From an uncultured Gammaproteobacteria bacterium (GTDB lineage: Bacteria; Patescibacteriota; Microgenomatia; UBA12405): a stretch of DNA of 43,395 bases. The position numbers and the translations under genes are program-made. The stretch spans positions 1 through 43,395 of the forward strand of contig CAZLCB010000003.1 in the NCBI GenBank assembly GCA_964558195.1, read 5' to 3'. Of the stretch, positions 19,582 through 30,861 are shown piece by piece (the first letter of the stretch is position 1; each line of letters starts with the position of its first letter). The notes under the pieces were generated by a model. It saw only the letters and a program-made list of their open reading frames with translations. It was not told the DNA's origin and made no database searches.

Positions 19582-21342
19582 ATGAAGGATAATACCAGAA
19601 AAACTCTTCGGTTCTATTGGCAGTCAGTAAGCAACCATAAATTTGCTTTTTGGTTGACGGTAATTGCCATGTCTTTATCAAATATCGTTGATGTAGTTAT
19701 ACCGGTTTATTTTAAGTGGTTTTTTAATGAATTATCGTCGGGTCAAAGTCAGGAGGTTATTACAAGAAATTTGCTGAGTATATTGGGAATAATTGCTTTA
19801 TTGAATTTAGCGACTTGGGCTCTTTGGCGAGTGGCAGCTTTTGGAACTAACTTTTTGGAATCGATAACCATGAGTGATTTGAGTCAGAGGTGTTTCGATT
19901 ATTTACACAAACATTCTTATGCTTATTTTTCCAATAGTTTTACCGGATCAATAGTAAAGAAGACTAAAAGTTTTGTCTCTTCATTTGAGGTTTTAGCTGA
20001 TCAATGGTTTTTTGAACTAATACCAGCAATGGTGAAAATTACAGTGATTACTTTAGTTCTGGCTAAAGTAAATATATTTTTAGGTTTGGGAATGGCCTTG
20101 TGGACATTGATGTTTTTAATAATTAACTGGCTGTTTTCTAAGTACAAGGTTAAATATGATATTGAAAGTAGTAAAGCGGAAACTTCGACCAGTAGTTTTT
20201 TGGCAGATACGGTAACTAACAATACAAATATTAAACTGTTCAATGGTTATGAAAAAGAGTCATTTGGTTATTCGGGTTTATTAATGGCTTTACATAAAAT
20301 TAGACTATTTAGTTGGAATTTAGCGACAAAATTTTATGCCTTGCAATCATTTTTATTGTTGGTTTTAGAAATGGGGATATTTTATTTTGCCATTAAGTTG
20401 TGGAGTAAAGGAATTTTGACTGTAGGCGATTTTGTTTTGATCCAGTCATATATTATTGAAGTAGTGATGATGGTATGGGATTTTGGTCGGATTATTAGCC
20501 GGATTTATGAACGCTTAGCTGAGGCTGAGGAAATGACGGTTGTTCTGAATACTCCTCATGAAATCATGGATATAGATGAGGCCAATAGTTTAAAAATAGG
20601 ATCCGGTGGAATTAAATTTGAAAAAGTTAAATTTAGTTACGAGGATGATAAGACAGTGGTTGATAATTTTAATCTAGAAGTTAAACCAGGACAGACGGTG
20701 GCTTTGGTGGGATTATCTGGTTCAGGCAAATCGACTTTGATGAAATTAATTTTGAGACTTCACGATATTCAAAAAGGAGAAATCTTGATTGATGGGCAAG
20801 ATATTGCCAAAGTAACTCAGGAAAGTTTAAGAAATCAAATTAGTTTAGTACCACAAGACCCAATTTTGTTTCATAGAAGTTTAATGGAGAATATTCGTTA
20901 TGGTCGATTTAATGCTAGTGACGATGAAGTAATTGAAGCATCAAGGTTAGCACATTGTGATGAGTTTATAAGTAAATTACGTAATTCTTATGATACTTTG
21001 GTAGGTGAAAGAGGAATAAAATTGTCTGGTGGCGAAAGACAAAGAGTGGCTATTGCTCGGGCAATTTTGAGAAACTCACCGATTTTAATATTGGATGAAG
21101 CAACATCGAGTTTGGACTCGGAATCAGAAAAATATATTCAGGAAGCTTTAGATAACTTAACTAAAGACAAAACGGTAATTGTAATTGCTCACAGACTTTC
21201 AACTATTAAAAAGGTGGACAGAATAGTGGTGTTGGACAAAGGTAGGATTATTGAAGATGGAAGTCATTCTCAATTAATTAAGAAAAATAAAGGTATTTAT
21301 AAGCAGCTCTGGGAGATACAAGTCGGTGGATTTATAAAGTAA
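19582..21342 (+). CDS. ABC exporter, fused permease/ATPase (MsbA/MdlB-like)
   Basis: Six TM segments, GLSGSGKS, LSGGERQR, ILDEATS and IAHRLST. Confidence 0.93.
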   Translation: MKDNTRKTLRFYWQSVSNHKFAFWLTVIAMSLSNIVDVVIPVYFKWFFNELSSGQSQEVITRNLLSILGIIALLNLATWALWRVAAFGTNFLESITMSDLSQRCFDYLHKHSYAYFSNSFTGSIVKKTKSFVSSFEVLADQWFFELIPAMVKITVITLVLAKVNIFLGLGMALWTLMFLIINWLFSKYKVKYDIESSKAETSTSSFLADTVTNNTNIKLFNGYEKESFGYSGLLMALHKIRLFSWNLATKFYALQSFLLLVLEMGIFYFAIKLWSKGILTVGDFVLIQSYIIEVVMMVWDFGRIISRIYERLAEAEEMTVVLNTPHEIMDIDEANSLKIGSGGIKFEKVKFSYEDDKTVVDNFNLEVKPGQTVALVGLSGSGKSTLMKLILRLHDIQKGEILIDGQDIAKVTQESLRNQISLVPQDPILFHRSLMENIRYGRFNASDDEVIEASRLAHCDEFISKLRNSYDTLVGERGIKLSGGERQRVAIARAILRNSPILILDEATSSLDSESEKYIQEALDNLTKDKTVIVIAHRLSTIKKVDRIVVLDKGRIIEDGSHSQLIKKNKGIYKQLWEIQVGGFIK

Positions 21343-21370
21343 AATGTCTAATTTTTAATATCTAATGTCT
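21343..21370 (+). repeat. Four-unit heptamer array AATNTCT
   Basis: AATGTCT AATTTTT AATATCT AATGTCT immediately after the ABC stop codon. Confidence 0.8.
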
Positions 21371-21469
21371 AAAAAGGGTAGTATTTTTGTATTAAAAATA
21401 AAATATTTCGGTAAGTTAGGTATAAATTGATATTTTTAGGTTGAAAATAGGGGAGGATGGGGTATTTAG

Positions 21470-21501
21470 CTTGTCAGATCATCAGTCTTTCAGTTTTTCA
21501 G
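21470..21501 (+). repeat. Four-unit octamer array NNNNTCAG
   Basis: CTTGTCAG ATCATCAG TCTTTCAG TTTTTCAG. Confidence 0.7.
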
Positions 21502-21609
21502 CTATAAAAACTAAACCTTCAGCTTAGTGGTGGTGTGAATTTAGGTTCAAATTGAGGTTTAAAAGAAGAAAAAAAATTTTTGATGGGTGGGGGTGAAGTA
21601 GGGAAGTGT

Positions 21610-21726
21610 CCTATAATATGCAGCCTATAATATTTTTCACAATATATCCTATAATTTTCACGGGTAGAGAAGTGATATAGTGTGATATAGTCTCTGTGGA
21701 TAAGTCTAGGTTTGGTAACTATATCA
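21610..21726. promoter_or_regulatory. Cluster of DnaA-box matches and short direct repeats
   Basis: TTTTTCACA at 21633-21641, TGTGGATAA at 21695-21703, CCTATAAT at 21610, 21624 and 21648, GTGATATAGT twice at 21672-21691, inverted ACTATATCA at 21718-21726. Confidence 0.4.
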
Positions 21727-21780
21727 AAGTGTACACATGAGGGAGGGGTTGAAAGGGAGTAAGAGGGGTGGAAATTAAGA

Positions 21781-21808
21781 AATTTCTAATGTCTAATTTC
21801 TAATATCT
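21781..21808 (+). repeat. Four-unit heptamer array AATNTCT
   Basis: AATTTCT AATGTCT AATTTCT AATATCT. Confidence 0.85.
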
Positions 21809-21879
21809 AAAAGAAATAAAAAGACTGACACTATAAATAATTGAGTGCTATCTCCTACGGTGGGTGAGCTTAAAATAGT

Positions 21880-21907
21880 ATGTCGCACAATGTATCTTTT
21901 ACGACTC
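21880..21907. other. Candidate dif (Xer recombination) site
   Basis: ATGTCGCACAA-TGTATC-TTTTACGACTC has 11-6-11 geometry. Arms are an inverted repeat (GTCGCACAA vs GTCGTAAAA, 7/9) and CGCACAATGTAT resembles E. coli dif CGCATAATGTAT. Lies ~400 bp upstream of the xer gene. Confidence 0.65.
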
Positions 21908-21946
21908 TATTAAAATTCTGAAGCGGGGGGAGAGGTACTTTTGAAA

Positions 21947-21974
21947 AAATTCTAATATCTAATTTCTAATATCT
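21947..21974 (+). repeat. Four-unit heptamer array AATNTCT
   Basis: AAATTCT AATATCT AATTTCT AATATCT. Confidence 0.8.
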
Positions 21975-22312
21975 AATTCTCTGAAAAAGGAATTTTTGAG
22001 TTTAATTAAAAGCTTAAAAAATGGGTTTATTCTCTGTTGACTTTGTATGGGATTTTTTTTGGTTTTTAGGTTGAAAAATTTGGTCTTGACTCCCCTTACC
22101 CTTGTCCGACTCCCCCGCCAAAAGCTAATCGCATTTAGGCGGGCAGGCCCAACCATTTTTTTTGAGATATTTTATATATTTTGCCTAAAAATAGGCATTT
22201 TGAACCTAAGACGTCGTTAGAGCCTCTAGAATTAACGTTTTTAAAAATCATGATAATGTATTCATCTATTTATTAAACTGGAATGTATTTTTGAACGTGG
22301 TAACATGGAAAT

Positions 22313-23251
22313 ATGGAAAAAGATTTAGCGACCTTAGAGAGACATTTTTTGGAACACCTGGAAATTGAAAGAAACTGTTCAAAATTGACGATTCGAAATT
22401 ATGAACACTATTTGGGAGTCTTAATTGATTTTTTGATAACTAATAAAAAAATTGAAAATCCAATAGTTGATGATTTAACATCAGAAAATATAAGAGAGTT
22501 CAGGTTGTACTTATCAAGACAAAAAGGAACTAAAGGAGAAATGAAATTGGTAACTCAGGGTTATTATGTAATTTCATTAAGGTCGTTTTTGAAGTGGTTA
22601 GTAAAAAATGACATGGAAGTACTGCAACCAGAAAAATTGGATGTACCTAAAGTAAAAGACCACTCTTTGAAATTCTTATCCGAAGAACAAATGACTAGGT
22701 TATTGAATCAACCATTAAATTCAGCTAAAAATGGACTACGAGATAGATCGATTTTGGAATTATTATTCTCAACCGGCTTGCGGGTGTCGGAATTGGTTTC
22801 CCTTAATAGGGAACAGATAAATTTAAATACCCGAGAGTTTGGGGTTATTGGTAAAGGTGGTAGGTCGAGAGTGGTGTTTATAACTAAACAGGCAGCTGAG
22901 TGGATAGATAAATATTTGAAAAGTAGGACGGATCATTATAAACCATTGTTTATAAGAGATTTGCGACCGAAAGAAGAAATTGGTCTATTGGATGAAGAGA
23001 CGAGATTAACTGCAAGATCAGTTCAGCGTTTGGTAAAAAAATATGTGAGGCAAGCAAATTTACCAGTAGCGGCGACACCACATACTTTAAGACATTCAAT
23101 GGCTACTGATTTGTTGCAAAGAGGGGCTGATCTCCGATCGGTTCAAGAATTACTGGGTCACAAAAATATTGCTACGACTCAAATTTATACTCACGTAACT
23201 GACGCTCGGCTTAGAGAAGTTCATGAAAAATTTCATGTAGGGAACAAATAA
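22313..23251 (+). CDS. XerC/XerD-family tyrosine recombinase
   Basis: Core-binding domain (SKLTIRNY) and complete catalytic set: TGLRVSEL, GKGGRSR, TPHTLRHS, LLGH and TTQIYTHV. Confidence 0.95.
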   Translation: MEKDLATLERHFLEHLEIERNCSKLTIRNYEHYLGVLIDFLITNKKIENPIVDDLTSENIREFRLYLSRQKGTKGEMKLVTQGYYVISLRSFLKWLVKNDMEVLQPEKLDVPKVKDHSLKFLSEEQMTRLLNQPLNSAKNGLRDRSILELLFSTGLRVSELVSLNREQINLNTREFGVIGKGGRSRVVFITKQAAEWIDKYLKSRTDHYKPLFIRDLRPKEEIGLLDEETRLTARSVQRLVKKYVRQANLPVAATPHTLRHSMATDLLQRGADLRSVQELLGHKNIATTQIYTHVTDARLREVHEKFHVGNK

Positions 23252-23252
23252 T

Positions 23253-23280
23253 AATGTCTAATTTCTAATATCTAATGTCA
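23253..23280 (+). repeat. Four-unit heptamer array AATNTCT
   Basis: AATGTCT AATTTCT AATATCT AATGTCA directly after the xer stop codon. Confidence 0.8.
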
Positions 23281-23552
23281 AAATATAAAATATATGACTC
23301 CCCTATTATTTATTTTAAATAATAATCCTATAGTAGCGGGTTTTTGTATTGAATTGGACAAAAAATTATTCAGACAATGTTTTGTTTGACTTGACAAGTA
23401 TTTTTTACCCTAAATTAGGGTTAAACTAAAAATTGATGATTTGTTAGCAATCACTCCCCTATTCTGCTATTTGATACTTATTAAAGATGTATTTCCTATA
23501 ATATCTAATAAATCTGTATATTTTAGTTTTTAAACAAATTAAACTTGAATCT

Positions 23553-23584
23553 TTAAAGCTCCGATTTTAAAATCGGAGCTTTAA
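23553..23584. terminator. Perfect 32-bp palindrome, probable terminator after gyrA
   Basis: TTAAAGCTCCGATTTT-AAAATCGGAGCTTTAA, 18 nt downstream of the gyrA stop. Confidence 0.7.
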
Positions 23585-23602
23585 TTAGTTGATAGTTTAA
23601 AT

Positions 23603-26284
23603 TTAAGCTTTATTAGTTTTGGCTTCGGCTGGTTTTTCTGGAGAAACATCTTCGACTTCGTTTTTTTCTAGAACTGTCATGGCAGTTAATTTATCGTCAG
23701 TTGATTTAAACCTCATTAAAATAACACCCTTAGTATTACGACTAAGAGTAGGGATATTTTTAAGAGGTAATTTAATAGTAACGGCTTTTTTGGAAACCAA
23801 AATTACTTGGTCATGAATTTCTGAGACGACTTGAGCAGCAGCGATATTACCGGTTTTGGAAGTTAAATTAGCAACTTTAACGCCGATACCACCACGTTTT
23901 TGGAGTGGGTAAAGATAAACATCACTGCGTTTACCAACACCATTTTCGGTGACAACTAATAAATGACGGAATGATTTTTCTTTGGTTTTGTCGGTAGTTT
24001 TTTGGACTGATTGAGGCACAATATCCATACTAACCAAGACATCTTCACCTTTGAGTAGAATTCCCCGGACACCACGAGTGTGACGACCCATTGGTCGAGT
24101 ATCGGCTTCGTTAAAACGGATACATTTGCCATTTTGGGTGACTAAAAATACTTGACTGGTACCATCAGTAAGCTTAGCCCAGGCTAATTGATCGCCAGTA
24201 TCGAGTTTGATAGCAGCTAAACCGCTTTGACGAATATTTTTGAATTTATCAATGGAGGTTTTTTTGATAACACCTTTGTTAGTGGCTAATAAAATATATT
24301 TACAGCCACTATTTTTGGCGATAGGTAGGACAGTATGAACAATTTCACCTTGAAGGATATTAATTAAGTTGACAATAGCTTGACCTTTGGCTTGTCGAGT
24401 ACCTTCCTGAATATCCCAAACTTTTGTTTTGAAAACTCGACCGCGGTTAGTGAAGAATAATAATTCATCGTGAGTATCGACCGAAAGCATGCATTCAATT
24501 TCATCTTCTTGTTTGGTAGTCATACCAACAACGCCAATACCACCGCGTTTTTGAGTATGATAAGTTTCTTTGGGAACTCGCTTGATATAACCGGTTTTAG
24601 TGAGAGCGACTAAAACTGATTCGTTGGGAACTAAATCTTCTTCACTAAACTCTTCCAATCCCCTGATGTAAATTTTGGTACGTCGAGTGTCGCCATATTT
24701 TTCAACAACTTCTTTATTTTCACTTTTAAGAACCCCAATCATTTTTTCCGGGATAGTAACAATACCGGTTAGTTGAGTAATAGTTTCTTGAACCTGGGAA
24801 TATTCATCGTCAAGTTTTTGGCGTTCGAGACCAGAAAGTTTTTTGAGTTGCATGTCTAAAATAGCTTGAGCTTGAAGATCAGTAAAACCAAATTTATCCA
24901 TAAGTCTGGTTTTGGCATCTTCATTTGGCTTAGTACCTCTGATAGTTTTGATAACTTCATCGATAAAATCGAGAGCTTTTTTGAGACCTTCGAGGATATG
25001 AGCTCGCATCATGGCGCCTTTGAGATCAAAAAGAGTACGACGACGAATGATAGTTTCCCGGTGGCGAATAAAAAGGAGTAACATTTGACGTAAATTAAGG
25101 GTTTGAGGAACACCATTAACTAAAGCCAACATATTAGCAGAATATGATGATTGAAGAGCAGTATATTTAAAGAGTTTATTTAAAATAGACTTTGGTTTAC
25201 CGTTTTTCTTGATTTCAACAACAACCCGGATACCATGTCGATCGGATTCATCGCGAAGGTCAGAAATACCAATAATTTTTTTATCACGAACCAGGTCAGC
25301 AATTTTTTTGACGAATTCGGCTTTGTTAACTTGATAAGGAAGTTCAGTAATAATAATTCTAATTTTTCCAGACTTAGTTTCTTCGATACTGGTTTTACCT
25401 CGGACAGCAAATTTACCACGGCCGGTATTATACATCTCTAAAATTCCGGTCTTACCGTAAATTTCACCATAGGTTGGGAAGTCCGGTCCTTGAACAACTT
25501 TGGTTAAATCTTCGACTGTGGCGTTGGTTTCAAAAATGAATTTTTGTTTTTCAAGCTCATAAACTGGGCGAAGAACCATTTCTTGAGTATTTTTGGGCGG
25601 AGCAAGAATGTTGTTAATTTCAATTTCTGATTCAACTTTTTCTAAATGACATTTGTCGAGAACAATATCGATGGCAGTACAAATTTCTTTGAGATTGTGA
25701 GGTGGAATTCTAGTAGCCATACCGACAGCAATACCATCAGCACCGTTAAGTAAAAGATTGGGAATACGAGAAGGAAGAACAGTTGGTTCTTTGATAGTAG
25801 CATCGAAGTTATCCATCATATCAACAGTTTCTTTGTCGATATCAACAATCATTTCTTGAGAAATTTTATCCATTTTAACTTCGGTATAACGCATAGCAGC
25901 CGGAGGATCGCCGTCGATAGAACCAAAGTTTCCTTGACCTTTGACTAAGGGATATCGGAGAGAAAAGTCTTGAGCCATACGAACCAAAGCCATATAGACA
26001 GACATATCACCATGGGGATGATATTTACCTAAAACTTCGCCAACGACTTTGGCTGATTTGGTATTTTTACCACCACCAAGACCCATTTGATCCATGGCGT
26101 AAATAATTCGGCGATGAACTGGTTTGAGACCATCTCTGACATCAGGTAAGGCTCGTTGGACGATGACGGACATGGCGTAGTCTAAATATGACCTTTCCAT
26201 TTCCGGAACAATATCGACATGAAGGATTCGACCAATATTATTTTCTTTAATGTGAACTATATTAGGGTTGTTTGTATCTGCCAT
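23603..26284 (-). CDS. gyrA: DNA gyrase subunit A
   Basis: [29 protein letters not shown] and GyrA-box QKRGGIG. Confidence 0.97.
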   Translation of the reverse strand: MADTNNPNIVHIKENNIGRILHVDIVPEMERSYLDYAMSVIVQRALPDVRDGLKPVHRRIIYAMDQMGLGGGKNTKSAKVVGEVLGKYHPHGDMSVYMALVRMAQDFSLRYPLVKGQGNFGSIDGDPPAAMRYTEVKMDKISQEMIVDIDKETVDMMDNFDATIKEPTVLPSRIPNLLLNGADGIAVGMATRIPPHNLKEICTAIDIVLDKCHLEKVESEIEINNILAPPKNTQEMVLRPVYELEKQKFIFETNATVEDLTKVVQGPDFPTYGEIYGKTGILEMYNTGRGKFAVRGKTSIEETKSGKIRIIITELPYQVNKAEFVKKIADLVRDKKIIGISDLRDESDRHGIRVVVEIKKNGKPKSILNKLFKYTALQSSYSANMLALVNGVPQTLNLRQMLLLFIRHRETIIRRRTLFDLKGAMMRAHILEGLKKALDFIDEVIKTIRGTKPNEDAKTRLMDKFGFTDLQAQAILDMQLKKLSGLERQKLDDEYSQVQETITQLTGIVTIPEKMIGVLKSENKEVVEKYGDTRRTKIYIRGLEEFSEEDLVPNESVLVALTKTGYIKRVPKETYHTQKRGGIGVVGMTTKQEDEIECMLSVDTHDELLFFTNRGRVFKTKVWDIQEGTRQAKGQAIVNLINILQGEIVHTVLPIAKNSGCKYILLATNKGVIKKTSIDKFKNIRQSGLAAIKLDTGDQLAWAKLTDGTSQVFLVTQNGKCIRFNEADTRPMGRHTRGVRGILLKGEDVLVSMDIVPQSVQKTTDKTKEKSFRHLLVVTENGVGKRSDVYLYPLQKRGGIGVKVANLTSKTGNIAAAQVVSEIHDQVILVSKKAVTIKLPLKNIPTLSRNTKGVILMRFKSTDDKLTAMTVLEKNEVEDVSPEKPAEAKTNKA

Positions 26285-26375
26285 AAAGTAAATCTCTTTT
26301 TAATTCTCTCTTTGACAAGAGAGAACACTGGTTTTTTTTGAAAAAATAATTTTTTGAATCATTAGTAAATTAATT

Positions 26376-28322
<1,947 letters not shown>

Positions 28323-28468
28323 TTAAAATTAGTTAAAAATTGTTTTTAGTAAAACAGATTCATTCTAACAAAGCCGAAATAGCTTTACAATAAGCAAAAA
28401 ATATGGAAAGATAGGTTAAATTTTTATAAAAATTTAACTAAAAAAATGAAGAAAAACTGTGAAAAATA

Positions 28469-29011
28469 TTACCTATCTTTGGGTAATATTTTTGAGAGAA
28501 TATCGAAGGAAATTATTGAAGTGGCAACTAAAACATTGAGAGAGATATTTATGCCATACATAGGAATTTCGACTATCTGATCAACCATCTCCAGAACTTC
28601 TGGAGAAACACCATAACTTTCACTACCAGCGATAATGGCAGTTTTTGATTGATATTTGGCTTTAAGATAATTAACACTAGTCTTGTCTTGCTCACAGGCG
28701 ACGATTTGATAACCTTCAGATTTTAATTGTTTGAGGCAGTCAATAGTAGAATCAAACTGTTCCCAAGGAATCCATTTCCAAGTACCAATAGAGGCCCGAT
28801 GGATTTTAATATTGGGTGGAGTAACGACCGGACCGCAGAGATAAATTTTTTCGGCGCCAAGGGCGTCGGCTAAACGAAAAAAAGAACCGATATTGTAAGT
28901 GTCTAAGACATTGTCTAAAACTAAAACAATTGGGTTGCGTTTGATTTCTTTTTGAAGTTTTTGTGACTCCCCTACTTTGGAAGCTCGGATTTGATGAGAA
29001 TTTAGTTTCAT
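28469..29011 (-). CDS. TrmH/SpoU-family RNA methyltransferase
   Basis: LDNVLDTYNIGSFFR, GSESYGV and IPMYG..SLNV. Confidence 0.92.
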   Translation of the reverse strand: MKLNSHQIRASKVGESQKLQKEIKRNPIVLVLDNVLDTYNIGSFFRLADALGAEKIYLCGPVVTPPNIKIHRASIGTWKWIPWEQFDSTIDCLKQLKSEGYQIVACEQDKTSVNYLKAKYQSKTAIIAGSESYGVSPEVLEMVDQIVEIPMYGINISLNVLVATSIISFDILSKILPKDR

Positions 29012-29035
29012 GTTTCTATCCTATTTTACCAAATA

Positions 29036-29059
29036 AAACCCCGCCATTTGGCGGGGTTT
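29036..29059. terminator. Hairpin terminator
   Basis: AAACCCCGCCA/TGGCGGGGTTT, followed by a T run on the minus strand. Confidence 0.75.
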
Positions 29060-29076
29060 AGATTTTTAATTAAAAC

Positions 29077-30120
29077 TTAGTCACAGCTTCCTTGAGGAGC
29101 AGCGCCACCAGCACCAGCATTAGCAATTTCATCGGTAGTAGCCGATTTTAAAACTTGTTTACAAGCTTTTGGAGCTTTATTAAATGAGGCACAGAGTGAT
29201 TCTTTTAGGAAATCAGCACTTCGGTAATCGCTTTCGGCAAAAACCTTTTTACCAACTTTTAGACCACCTTTACCGTCGGCAGTAGAAGCCTCTTTTGGTG
29301 GGAATTCGGCTCCATCAAGCATAAGAGTAGGAGAACCTTGAATTTGATATTGAGTGGTTAGAGCAATTTCTTTTTCAATTAAATCAGCTGCTTGAGTATT
29401 GAAGCATTCGGTAATCTTGTTGGTATCAAGACCAGCTTTTTTTGCTTGCTCTTCCCAACAAGTATCAGCATTTTCGGAAGTGCAAGCAGTGTTAACATTT
29501 TCAATAAATTTCCACCAATTGGTTTTGTCTTCATTCATGTTGTAAGCACAGATTTCACGGACATCTTGATTGGCTTCAGTTCGGCCATGAAGAGAACTAT
29601 AATAGACATTACCAATTTTGAGATAATTTTTCTCATCGTAGCAGTCTTTGCTTAAATTAGTTAATTCTGTTTTGCATTCAGAGTCATTGGCAAAATAACC
29701 GGCCTTAATGTAATCGGCACAGTTGCTGGCCTCAAATTGTTGACATTGTTTTTTGAGATCAGTAATTTTTTCAAAAATATATTGGGGCTTAAGAGAAACA
29801 GAATTGCCAAGTAAATCAAAAACTGGTTTGATAACTTCTTCAATTTGGTTACCATATGGACAAAAACTCATGACATAGAATTGAAGTTCCGGCTTATCTG
29901 ATTTTTTTGGTTCTAAAGTAGCGCTGGCTTTGACAGCTGTTTTAGTTGAACCACCTTTAAGCTGAAAAAAACTGTATCCAGCGGTAAATGAAGTGGCGGC
30001 TAAAAGTAAACAAAAAACAATTACTCCAATTAGAGGAATCTGAACAGACGGAAGATTTTTTTGGGTAGAAATTATTTCTTTAGCTTTTGCGGCTAATTTG
30101 GTTTTTTTGATTTTTTTCAT
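29077..30120 (-). CDS. Membrane-anchored thioredoxin/GILT-like Cys-rich protein
   Basis: TM segment, FYVMSFCPYG, SLHG..E and cis-Pro-like GSPTL; many cysteines. Confidence 0.65.
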   Translation of the reverse strand: MKKIKKTKLAAKAKEIISTQKNLPSVQIPLIGVIVFCLLLAATSFTAGYSFFQLKGGSTKTAVKASATLEPKKSDKPELQFYVMSFCPYGNQIEEVIKPVFDLLGNSVSLKPQYIFEKITDLKKQCQQFEASNCADYIKAGYFANDSECKTELTNLSKDCYDEKNYLKIGNVYYSSLHGRTEANQDVREICAYNMNEDKTNWWKFIENVNTACTSENADTCWEEQAKKAGLDTNKITECFNTQAADLIEKEIALTTQYQIQGSPTLMLDGAEFPPKEASTADGKGGLKVGKKVFAESDYRSADFLKESLCASFNKAPKACKQVLKSATTDEIANAGAGGAAPQGSCD

Positions 30121-30146
30121 TATGCGATTAACTTTTAATTAATTAT

Positions 30147-30341
30147 TTATTCTTCAGAAATAGAAATAGCTCCGACAGGGCATGAACTAATGGCACTTTG
30201 GGTGGTGTCAGAAATTTTTTCCGGTTGGTTTTTGATTTTGGCTTTGTAAGTGGTGGTATCCATTTCGAAAACTTCTGGGTCTAAAAGAGGGCAAGTATTA
30301 CAACCAATGCATTTGTTTTGGTCAAGCACAACTTTTGTCAT
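30147..30341 (-). CDS. Monocluster ferredoxin
   Basis: CIGCNTC...CPVGAI; start placed at MTK, with TACAAT upstream. Confidence 0.9.
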   Translation of the reverse strand: MTKVVLDQNKCIGCNTCPLLDPEVFEMDTTTYKAKIKNQPEKISDTTQSAISSCPVGAISISEE

Positions 30342-30366
30342 ATGTTTTTTATTGTACACTAAAAAA

Positions 30367-30861
30367 TTAAATTTTTTGATTTTGATCTAAGAAGGTACCG
30401 GTTTTTATAATGGCTCGGAGTAAAAGATTAATACGATCCTCGGCTTCATTTTTGGAAAGACTTTTGTAAGTTTCTGGAAAATAATGGAAAATTTCATTTC
30501 GACCAAATTTCCAAGCATCCCAAAGAGTTTCGGCTAATTCTTCTCCTTTTTCATCGAAATCAGCTAATTTTTGATAAACAGAAAAACGTTTGTAACGAAG
30601 TGAGGGATTAAGAGTTTTTCCAACCCTAAAACGGTCACTGGCATAATCATTATCATTAATGATGCCTATTTTGAGAAAAAAATCTTTTAAAAAGCCTTCA
30701 TAAGCTTTGGCTATCGGAGAAACCAAAAAAGAAAAATCACTAATATCGTCTTGAATTTGAAGACGCTTTAAAATAATTTCAACATCATTAACTAAATCTT
30801 TTTGGTGACCATCAAGATATTTTTTGGATTTTAAAAATAATTCAGGACTAGAGACCATCAT
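30367..30861 (-). CDS. HEPN-domain protein (RnlA-like)
   Basis: DFSFLVSPIAKAYEGFLK helix and RNEIFH (R-x4-H) motif. Confidence 0.6.
   Translation of the reverse strand: MMVSSPELFLKSKKYLDGHQKDLVNDVEIILKRLQIQDDISDFSFLVSPIAKAYEGFLKDFFLKIGIINDNDYASDRFRVGKTLNPSLRYKRFSVYQKLADFDEKGEELAETLWDAWKFGRNEIFHYFPETYKSLSKNEAEDRINLLLRAIIKTGTFLDQNQKI

Noticed and set aside
21604-21635. CCTATAATAT as a Firmicutes-type dif left arm
   Set aside because: No TTATG right arm at the 6-bp spacing, and the motif is repeated directly three times.
21959-22156. 65-aa ORF in the large intergenic region
   Set aside because: Low complexity, runs through a REP-like hairpin and a heptamer array, and has no recognisable motif or leaderless promoter.
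22313-23251. Recombinase as phage or integron integrase
   Set aside because: Xer-like size and motifs, no integron-integrase insertion, no attC cassettes, no phage genes and no flanking tRNA duplication.
21343-23280. CRISPR array suggested by recurring 28-bp units
   Set aside because: Units are internal heptamer tandems at irregular distances with no uniform spacers and no cas genes.
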